Of a DNA stretch of 64,000 bases, positions 56,487-64,000 are shown one piece after another. The notes under the pieces are model-generated. The model was not told the DNA's origin. It ran no database searches and saw nothing but the letters and a program-made list of their open reading frames with translations. The stretch is from an uncultured cyanobacterium. Lineage in GTDB: Bacteria; Cyanobacteriota; Cyanobacteriia; Cyanobacteriales; CAWUOF01. How positions within the stretch are numbered: the stretch's first letter is position 1; each line of letters begins with the position of its first letter. The position numbers and the translations under genes were made by a program. The DNA lies in the NCBI GenBank assembly GCA_963744145.1, contig CAVUSO010000001.1, positions 1,664,001 to 1,728,000 on the forward strand. Reading direction: 5' to 3'.

Positions 56487-57953
56487 TTAATTATCATTGA
56501 TGTATACCAGAGCTTTTTCCCACACAACTTTGGCAACTTGGCGACCAAGTTTTAAGCCTTCGATATGATCGGATTGGAGATGAGATCCACCATATAATTG
56601 CGAAATTCCTGCGGCTTCTGCTATAGATGTGAAAGTAGGAAATGAAAGGGTTACATTAGTTTCAAATCCTGGTTCGGTTAAAGCACCAGCCTTCACGGTG
56701 AACGATTCCCCAAAGTAGTCACTCCCAGTAAAGAGTTTGAGAATTTCAGCACAAGCAGCACTTACTGCGCTATGCCCAGCAACATAGCCCGGAAATGGTG
56801 GTGTGGTGAAACTATACGGTGAATAAGGATGCCATTGATTCCCCAACATTGTTATGGTTCCTTTCCCAGGACCACCCCACGCACGAACAGACTTTCGATC
56901 AAAATAATAATGGATCAGCGTCCAGGGCCGGGACCGATCATAGTAGCGTTTTGCGTCCCACGTCGCAATAAAGGCATCCATGACTGTGTTAGACAAAACG
57001 AAAAATAGCTTAATATCTTGATCTAGAGTGTGTTTATTTCGTCGAGCAATACTTTGCCCAAAACCTAACCAGAGCCCAGCTAGCCCAGCTTGCTGGTCCG
57101 AACCTGGTGCATCACGCATGAACTCAACTAGAGCTTTTTGTTCAGCAGTTAAGTTCGCACTCATTTCCAAAACTTGTTGAGCTTGCTGATCCAGTTGTTC
57201 GGAACCGACACTGGGTGGTGCAGGCGGTAGAAACTGATCGGGCCGCAACAGCGCAAAAGGCTTGACTCGATACCAATGAGGAGTCAAAAATTTTGGTGTC
57301 AGTGTTTCACCTTTGGAATCTACCAAAGAAATGGGCTGCCAATGGTTTGGATCTACGATTTTATCTACGGTATTGATTGGTTGATAAAAAGTGTAATCTG
57401 AGTAGGGCAATCCATTGGAGCCAAATTCATCCCCTAGTTGATTTGCACCATCATGATGTCGGTACTCAAGAATTGCTGCTGCAACAGTGTTTCCAATTCC
57501 TTGCGGAGTTGTTTTGTCCGTTGAATAGTCATCTGCATTGAATCCGAATTTCCGCATTTGAGATGCAAGATAAGCAGATTCTTCTGGATACATATCAACT
57601 AAAGTACGATAAGCAGCAAAGCTAATTGCTTTGGTTTGGTAAGTTAAACTCCTTTCTGATGCAGGACGACGCAATGTTCCTCCCAGACTATTTCCAATAG
57701 CTTTTTCGTCATAAGCAGCCCAAGCATCGAACATTACCGTTCCTAAAATAGCTAACGCCCGAGAGGTAACTGTTGGTCTAGTTCGATGACGAGCTACATC
57801 ATGGGATATTGTTTTAAAAGCGACATCCCACCACTGAAAAGCAATGCTTGGTTTCCAGCTTGAAGCACTTTTTGGTATTTGAGCATCTGCTGGCGCCAAA
57901 GACAAAAATAGCAATAGTAGGGTAATTATGAATGGCGTTAAACATTTTAACAT
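56487..57953 (-). CDS. Secreted vanadium haloperoxidase/PAP2-fold protein
   Basis: Signal peptide; K-X6-RP (KRYYDRSRP), PPFPGYVAGHS and SQLYGGSH. Confidence 0.82.
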   Translation of the reverse strand: MLKCLTPFIITLLLLFLSLAPADAQIPKSASSWKPSIAFQWWDVAFKTISHDVARHRTRPTVTSRALAILGTVMFDAWAAYDEKAIGNSLGGTLRRPASERSLTYQTKAISFAAYRTLVDMYPEESAYLASQMRKFGFNADDYSTDKTTPQGIGNTVAAAILEYRHHDGANQLGDEFGSNGLPYSDYTFYQPINTVDKIVDPNHWQPISLVDSKGETLTPKFLTPHWYRVKPFALLRPDQFLPPAPPSVGSEQLDQQAQQVLEMSANLTAEQKALVEFMRDAPGSDQQAGLAGLWLGFGQSIARRNKHTLDQDIKLFFVLSNTVMDAFIATWDAKRYYDRSRPWTLIHYYFDRKSVRAWGGPGKGTITMLGNQWHPYSPYSFTTPPFPGYVAGHSAVSAACAEILKLFTGSDYFGESFTVKAGALTEPGFETNVTLSFPTFTSIAEAAGISQLYGGSHLQSDHIEGLKLGRQVAKVVWEKALVYINDN

Positions 57954-59038
57954 GATGTTTTGTCAAGAACTCTTTTCACTAACTCCTGGTCAACCGTCAC
58001 CAAAAAATCTCCTTCAGGGTTATAACATTTGCCAACTTTCTCCAATAACACAAAGCGGAGAGCTTCCCCTGTTTTTTTATTATCTGTAATCATCGCAGCC
58101 ATGAGCTTTTCTGTGGTGATTCCAGCCGGAAACGGATTGTTAAAACCAAGCTTTTTTTCAATTACATAGTAATGTCGTTCCACATCTTCTTGTGAGATTA
58201 ATCCAAGCTCTTTAGAAAGCTCGGCAGCAATTTTCATTCCAAATGAAACTGCTTCTCCGTGAGAAACTTTACCCTGTTCGAGCCATTCAATTCCATGACC
58301 AAAGGTATGACCGTACTCAAGAATAATTCCATAGTGTTTCTCGCTGGGATCTTGCTTGATAATTTTTAATTTTGAGATGATGATATTATAGACTAGTTTG
58401 GATAATTCTTCGTCGGTAAACTTAACATCAGGATTGAGAACTTCTTCTAAATATTCCAAAAATTTTGCATCAGAAATAAAGCCATTTTTGATTCCTTCAA
58501 TTATGCCACTTCGCTTAGAAAAAGCTGGTTCTGTTCTCAAATATTGCGTATCTACCCAAATAAACATAGGTGCGTGATAGAGTCCAAAATGATTTTTTCC
58601 GGTTTTACCATTAATAGCCTGTTTATTACTTAGCGTACTGTCAGTTTGACCAGTCATAGTTGTGGGAATTTCGATAAACCTGATACCTCTATAAATTAAC
58701 CCAGCAGCTAGACCAACAACATTTCCAACTGTCCCCCCACCAAAAGATATCAAAATAGATTTTTTGGAAACACCTTTTTCAATTAAGTTTTCACAAGTTT
58801 TTTCCAGTACTGGAAAATATTTACATCTTTCGCCAGGAGGAACAAATTCTAAGAAACAAGTGAAGTTTTCGCGAAGCTTTTCATATAGAGACTTTCCGTA
58901 TAAATCAAATAAATGTGGTTCAGTAAAGAAGAATATTTTATCAAAAGTATACTTCTCTAACTCAGACAGAAAACCATGCTCTATGTCATAGCCGAAATAA
59001 AAAGGACTCGGGTTTGCTAGCTCTGTACTTAATTCCAT
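57947..59038 (-). CDS. 2-deoxy-scyllo-inosose synthase-like sugar phosphate cyclase
   Basis: GGGTVGN, DSTLSNKQAIN, EGIKN, EYGHTFGH and HGEA match BtrC-type rather than AroB-type signatures. Confidence 0.78.
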   Translation of the reverse strand: MELSTELANPSPFYFGYDIEHGFLSELEKYTFDKIFFFTEPHLFDLYGKSLYEKLRENFTCFLEFVPPGERCKYFPVLEKTCENLIEKGVSKKSILISFGGGTVGNVVGLAAGLIYRGIRFIEIPTTMTGQTDSTLSNKQAINGKTGKNHFGLYHAPMFIWVDTQYLRTEPAFSKRSGIIEGIKNGFISDAKFLEYLEEVLNPDVKFTDEELSKLVYNIIISKLKIIKQDPSEKHYGIILEYGHTFGHGIEWLEQGKVSHGEAVSFGMKIAAELSKELGLISQEDVERHYYVIEKKLGFNNPFPAGITTEKLMAAMITDNKKTGEALRFVLLEKVGKCYNPEGDFLVTVDQELVKRVLDKTSC

Positions 59039-59249
59039 TACTTTTCCTCGTTCAATTTTAAAAGATTGCCAATAATCAACTCTTAAATTTTGCCCTAAAA
59101 TATTGTGACCCTGATCTGCTATTTTCATTTGCCACCATCGCTTTTTTTATTAAAATTAACGTTTTTTGTACATATTTTGAGCGCTATTGGCAAACGTAGC
59201 CCGAACTGACCGCCTTTTCAGACGAGCGGCCCAGTAGTTCGCGGATGCG

Positions 59250-59383
59250 GGCTCTCCCGTACTTGTGGTGGAAAATCCCGTTTTTCGGCAGGGGAAGAGG
59301 GGCAGAGAGCAGGGGGAAAGCTTATGTAGTAAGCGTTTGGAAATTCAATAATTTTTACTGATCACCACAAGTACGGGAGAGCC
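59250..59383. repeat. MITE with perfect 21-bp TIRs (ISL3-like GGCTCT ends)
   Basis: GGCTCTCCCGTACTTGTGGTG ... CACCACAAGTACGGGAGAGCC. Confidence 0.8.
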
Positions 59384-59390
59384 GTCAATT

Positions 59391-60566
59391 TTAGCTCGAA
59401 CTAATCGAATCATGACCGAGGAGTTCGACGATCGCTTGTCGTTCAGCCGCAGTTTGAGTGGGCATATCGGAACGAGCATCGGTGATCAGCCAATCGAGGG
59501 ACGCAGCTTGAACATCGATCGAAGCACCAGTTTTATCAACACAGTAACGACCAAATACTAATTTATCGACCAAACGCACACCTGGTCCTAAACGGGAATA
59601 TTCAAAAATCACACTATTATCAACCATCGCTTCACTACAAATGCGACAATTCGGACCAATCATCGTTGGACCAATAATTTTAGCGCCATTTTCAATCCGA
59701 CTCATCCCACCAATATAGACCGGTCCTTTGATGTCCACTTTGTCCCATTCGATCGCCACATTCAACCCGGTATAGATACCAGGAAAAATTTCGCGACCAG
59801 GGATCGCCACATTTTTAATTTCTCCGAGTAACACACCACGGATCGCTCGCCAATAGTCAGGAACTTTCCCAATATCTACCCATTGGAAATCCATTTTAAT
59901 CCCGTAAAAGGGAGCATTCATTTCTACTAATTTCGGGAAAAGTTGACTACCAATGTCATATTCACAGCCAGAGGGAATATATTCTAAAACTTCTGGCTCA
60001 AAAATATAAATCCCTGTATTAATGTTGGTACTAAGGGCTTTTTCGATCGGCGGTTTTTCTTGAAAGGCTTTAATTTTGCCAGTTTCGTCAGTTACGACTA
60101 CTCCATAGCTAGAAACTTCTTCGCGGGGCACCGATTTCATCACGATCGTCGCGATCGCTTTCTTTTCTTTATGTAGCTTTACGGCGGCAGCTAAATCTAA
60201 ATCAATCAGAGCATCTCCACATAAAACCACAAAAGTATCATCAAAAAACGGATAAAAGTCCTGGATGCGACGCATTCCTCCTGCTGACCCTAATGCTTCC
60301 CCTAACAATTGCCCTTCTACAATCCGACCTTCAAAGGAATAAGCAATTTCTACACCAAAACGTTGACCATCTCGAAAATAATTCTCAATCTCATTGGCCA
60401 GGTGACTGACATTGACCATGATTTGGTCAAACCCGTGCTGGCGCAGTAATTCCACTAAAAACTCCATGACTGGCTTTTGCAGAATCGGAATCATTGGCTT
60501 GGGAGTAGTGAAGGTAATGGGGCGAACACGAGTACCCTTACCTGCTGCCAGAATCATGGCTTTCAT
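59391..60566 (-). CDS. cugP: NDP-sugar pyrophosphorylase, cyanobacterial UDP-glucose pyrophosphorylase type
   Basis: MKAMILAAGKGTRVRPIT..PKPMIPILQKPVMEFL; C-terminal beta-helix. Confidence 0.8.
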   Translation of the reverse strand: MKAMILAAGKGTRVRPITFTTPKPMIPILQKPVMEFLVELLRQHGFDQIMVNVSHLANEIENYFRDGQRFGVEIAYSFEGRIVEGQLLGEALGSAGGMRRIQDFYPFFDDTFVVLCGDALIDLDLAAAVKLHKEKKAIATIVMKSVPREEVSSYGVVVTDETGKIKAFQEKPPIEKALSTNINTGIYIFEPEVLEYIPSGCEYDIGSQLFPKLVEMNAPFYGIKMDFQWVDIGKVPDYWRAIRGVLLGEIKNVAIPGREIFPGIYTGLNVAIEWDKVDIKGPVYIGGMSRIENGAKIIGPTMIGPNCRICSEAMVDNSVIFEYSRLGPGVRLVDKLVFGRYCVDKTGASIDVQAASLDWLITDARSDMPTQTAAERQAIVELLGHDSISSS

Positions 60567-60704
60567 AAATCTTTATTCCTCAACCTCGGCCCTGGGATTT
60601 TGGCCACTTTGTTATTTTAGAGCTAATATCATCAAATCAGCACGAAAATTATTGTCTGATGTGATAGTTTGACAGAAATAACTGCTAATGCACTAACCTA
60701 GCAG

Positions 60705-61547
60705 TTATTTTTTCAAATTATGTTGATGTAAATTTGCAGATTTAGATTTTAACTCAGATCGGTCTGCGGTTTTTGGTAATTCTGACAAAGGTCTAATTTT
60801 TAGATCAGAGTAGAACTCAGTTTGAACCAATTCGACTTTTGACTGAGCTGACAGCAGTAACAAAGCCCAAAAAACCCCCACCCGATCGCTATGTTTAGGT
60901 TCTAAGTCTACTGTAGTCTGAGGACGATGGGTTTTCCAGAACAATAATAACTGTTCTAAATCCAGCCAATCTGTTTCCGGTGCTAAATCGGGCCATTTTT
61001 CTCGCAAAAACTGTTCTAATTCACCAGCAGTTTCTGATAAATTTTCCTGGTGAGCTAATTCAGTAATATCGCGAGCCGCTTGAGCGCCACTTTGAGGACG
61101 GGGGCGTCGATGGGTCGGACGCTGGGGCTTATCTTGCAAATCCTGAGCTAACTGCTGCAATTGAGCAATCAACTCCGTCAGACTAACAGGTCTTTTTTGT
61201 TTCGGTTGAGCAACAGCACAACGTCGTAGTTGACGCTCTAAATGTAATGGTAACTGGGTGGTAGGGTCGGTTTCTAGGGTAAGAATTTCTGGACTCGACT
61301 CCGTTTCGGCTTCATCTTCGCTCGCTGCTAAACTCTCGGCTTTGAGTAACACTAACATTGACGCATACAAAAAAGCTTGTCCCGATTCAGATAAATCGGC
61401 TTCATAGGAGCTAGTTTCGTTAAATGGTGCTAATTCGTTTAAACATCGATCAATTACGGCAATTACCTGGACATCCCAGGGGTCAATCTCCCCCCGCTCT
61501 GTCATTTCGATCAGTAAGGCGATCGCTTCCTGGGCTGGAGAAACCAT
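60705..61547 (-). CDS. scpA: Segregation and condensation protein A
   Basis: GEIDPWDV, ASMLVLLKA and FWALLLL...VELVQ..FY. Confidence 0.88.
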   Translation of the reverse strand: MVSPAQEAIALLIEMTERGEIDPWDVQVIAVIDRCLNELAPFNETSSYEADLSESGQAFLYASMLVLLKAESLAASEDEAETESSPEILTLETDPTTQLPLHLERQLRRCAVAQPKQKRPVSLTELIAQLQQLAQDLQDKPQRPTHRRPRPQSGAQAARDITELAHQENLSETAGELEQFLREKWPDLAPETDWLDLEQLLLFWKTHRPQTTVDLEPKHSDRVGVFWALLLLSAQSKVELVQTEFYSDLKIRPLSELPKTADRSELKSKSANLHQHNLKK

Positions 61548-61949
61548 TAACTTAACTCCGGGTGATTATTTATCATGTTTTGTTAACTCTGGAGTTTTAT
61601 TTGCATGATCTTTAGTGTTAAATTTTATAACCAGGGCAGGAGTAAGTCCAACTGCTCACGGAGATTGAGGATTGCCGAAAATAGTGTGGCACTAGCAGGG
61701 AGAGCTAACTAATGTTAAAAATAGGTTATCCCTCTAGACTAACCAATATTAGTTCTACTATAGTTCTAATAACTTTTCTGGCTAATCTTTTCAAGTAAAT
61801 CTAGCTACATCAGGAGGGGCTAGTAATTAAATCAGCACATATATCTAGTTGCTAGTATTGTCGCTTGCTGGTATTCTCGGTATAGCAACTCCCATGAGCT
61901 AATCACCAAGTTAGCGTTAAAATTTTAATAACTGATTGTCGTCAAAGTA

Positions 61950-64000
61950 ATGAATATGATTAACATTCCTGGTATAGCTGTTCTCGCTCTCATATATGAA
62001 AGCGCTAACTCATTGGTTTATAGAGGGAGAAGAGAGGAAGATGATCAGCCACTAATTCTCAAACTATTAAAAGAAGATTATCCTAGCCCAGCCGCGCTGA
62101 CTAGATATAAACAAGAATATGAAATTACTTGTTCTTTAAATCTGACTGGTGTAGTGAGAGCTTATGATTTATATAAATATCAAAATTCGTTAGTAATGGT
62201 TTTAGAGGATTTTGGAGGAGAATCCTTAAGGATTTTGATGAATTCCCAAAGATTTACCCTGTTAGGTATCCTAACGCTCGCGATTAAAATAGCTGAAAGT
62301 TTGGGAGAAATTCATGCAGCTAATATTATTCACAAAGATATTAATCCTTCTAACATAGTGTTTAATCCAGCCACTGGACAACTGAAACTAATTGATTTTA
62401 GTATTTCTACCGTATTAAGTCGCGAAAATCCTACCTTAAAAAATCCTGCTGTTTTGGAAGGTACTTTTGCTTATATGTCTCCAGAACAAACTGGAAGAAT
62501 GAATCGAGCTTTAGATTATCGGACTGATTTTTATTCTCTCGGTGTGACTTTCTACGAACTTCTGACCCAGAAAGTACCTTTTCCAAGTACCGATCCAATG
62601 GAATTAGTCCATAGTCATATTGCTAAACAACCCATTCCACCCCATGAGGTTAATCTAGAAATTCCGAAAACTCTGTCTGATATCGTGATGAAGTTATTAG
62701 CAAAGACAGCTGAGGAAAGATATCAAAGTGCTTATGGATTAAAAGCAGATTTAGAAAAATGTTTGACCCAATTACAGACAATTGGCTATATTGAAGATTT
62801 TCCGATCGGTAGTCAAGATATTTCTGACAAATTTCAAATTCCCCAAAAACTCTATGGTCGAGAAAAAGAAGTAGAAAACTTGATGTCAGCTTTTGAAAGG
62901 GTCAGTCGTGGTTTAACCGAAATGATGTTGGTTAAAGGTTATTCCGGGATTGGTAAATCAGCTTTAGTTCAAGAAATTTATAAACCGATTACTAGAAATC
63001 GCGGCTATTTTATTGCTGGGAAATTTGATCAATTTCAACGGACTATTCCCTATTCAGCAGTAGTGATTGCTTTTTCAGAATTAGTCAGGCTATTGTTAAC
63101 TGAAAGTGAAGCTCAGTTAACTAAGTGGAAAAAAAAGATTCTCCATGCAGTTGGACCAAATGGTCAAATTATTATTGATGTCATTCCCGAAGTAGAATTG
63201 ATTATCGGTCCTCAACCCCCAGTTCAAGAATTAAAACCAGCAGAATCCCAAAATCGCTTTAATCTAGTTTTTCAAAATTTTATTAAAGTCTTTTGTTCGC
63301 GAGAACATCCCTTAGTGATATTTCTTGATGATTTACAGTGGGCTGACTCAGCTACCCTGAAATTGATCGAGCTAATGATGACAGATGACCAAATTCATTA
63401 TCTATTTTTAATTGGTGCTTATCGTGATAATGAAGTGAATCTAACTCATCCATTAATGATCATGCTGGATGGGTTAGAAAAAGAAAGAGTAGTGATTAAT
63501 GAAATTGCCCTAGCACCATTAGATTTGGAACAGGTAAATAAATTAATTAGTGAAACTTTACATAGTGAAGCGATCGCAGTTAAACCATTAGCGGAATTGG
63601 TAATCAATAAAACCGATGGTAATCCCTTTTTCGTTAATGAATTTCTGAAGACTCTCTACCAAGAAAATCTCATTACCTTCGTCCCTCCATCATCTGGTCA
63701 ACAAGCAGGATGGCACTGGGATATAGCTCATATTCATAGAATGGATATCACCAATAATGTGGTAGAGCTAATGATCGGTAAATTGAAAAAGCTCCCAGAA
63801 GGAACGCAACAGGTTTTACGTTTAGTAGCTTGTTTGGGGAACCAATTCGATCTCAATAACCTCTGTCTCATTTATGAAAAACAAGCATCAGAAACTTTCC
63901 AAGACCTTTGGCCCGCTATTCAAGAGGGATTAATTTTACCAGTTTCAGAATTAGAAGCAGTCGAGATAGAATTAATTAGTCTACCTTTACTAATTCTCAA
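61950..64000 (+). CDS. Ser/Thr kinase-AAA ATPase multi-domain sensor (runs off window)
   Basis: HKDINPSN, DFS, YMSPEQTGRMNR, Walker A GYSGIGKS, LDDLQWAD and GNPFF. Confidence 0.92.
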   Translation, partial: MNMINIPGIAVLALIYESANSLVYRGRREEDDQPLILKLLKEDYPSPAALTRYKQEYEITCSLNLTGVVRAYDLYKYQNSLVMVLEDFGGESLRILMNSQRFTLLGILTLAIKIAESLGEIHAANIIHKDINPSNIVFNPATGQLKLIDFSISTVLSRENPTLKNPAVLEGTFAYMSPEQTGRMNRALDYRTDFYSLGVTFYELLTQKVPFPSTDPMELVHSHIAKQPIPPHEVNLEIPKTLSDIVMKLLAKTAEERYQSAYGLKADLEKCLTQLQTIGYIEDFPIGSQDISDKFQIPQKLYGREKEVENLMSAFERVSRGLTEMMLVKGYSGIGKSALVQEIYKPITRNRGYFIAGKFDQFQRTIPYSAVVIAFSELVRLLLTESEAQLTKWKKKILHAVGPNGQIIIDVIPEVELIIGPQPPVQELKPAESQNRFNLVFQNFIKVFCSREHPLVIFLDDLQWADSATLKLIELMMTDDQIHYLFLIGAYRDNEVNLTHPLMIMLDGLEKERVVINEIALAPLDLEQVNKLISETLHSEAIAVKPLAELVINKTDGNPFFVNEFLKTLYQENLITFVPPSSGQQAGWHWDIAHIHRMDITNNVVELMIGKLKKLPEGTQQVLRLVACLGNQFDLNNLCLIYEKQASETFQDLWPAIQEGLILPVSELEAVEIELISLPLLIL

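Noticed and set aside
57947..59038. Housekeeping aroB or mycosporine mysA
   Set aside because: Lacks the AroB GD, GGK and NxGHT signatures, and there are no O-methyltransferase or ATP-grasp neighbours.
62390..62410. DFS instead of DFG in the kinase as evidence of a pseudokinase
   Set aside because: Catalytic Lys, HKD..N and Asp are retained; the variant alone is weak evidence.

Overview
Cyanobacterial chromosome segment (many HIP1 GCGATCGC sites, cpc operon, psb27, ndhP). It starts inside a minus-strand rRNA operon (16S, tRNA-Ile, tRNA-Ala, partial 23S). Core genes follow: nadC, thrB, menECA/menFD, moaE, pyrB, an 8-gene Arn-like sugar-modification operon, cpcBACDEF, psb27, pstCAB, bioB-bioY-lspA-PBP and xdhC. 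The accessory region (about 40.4-59.4 kb) holds a graveyard of IS fragments that broke up an xdh locus and an IscB/omegaRNA element inserted between a gene's RBS and ATG, plus a non-autonomous derivative of that element. It also holds the two best candidates for undescribed systems. (1) A helical-domain+vWA gene and an ARPP-like gene are followed by two predicted ncRNAs, one rod-shaped and one tRNA-mimicking, that share a circularly permuted ACCCGUCCU/AGGAACU motif; this suggests a divergent Ro60/Y-RNA-like ribonucleoprotein. (2) A five-gene cluster is built around a 2-deoxy-scyllo-inosose-synthase-like cyclase with a haloperoxidase-fold protein, a cupin, an MFS pump and a TIM-barrel enzyme. 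The window ends with cugP, scpA and a truncated Ser/Thr kinase-AAA gene. Several small frameshifts (menF, cpcB, iscB, MFS) may be assembly errors. All family calls come from motif recognition by eye; no searches were run.
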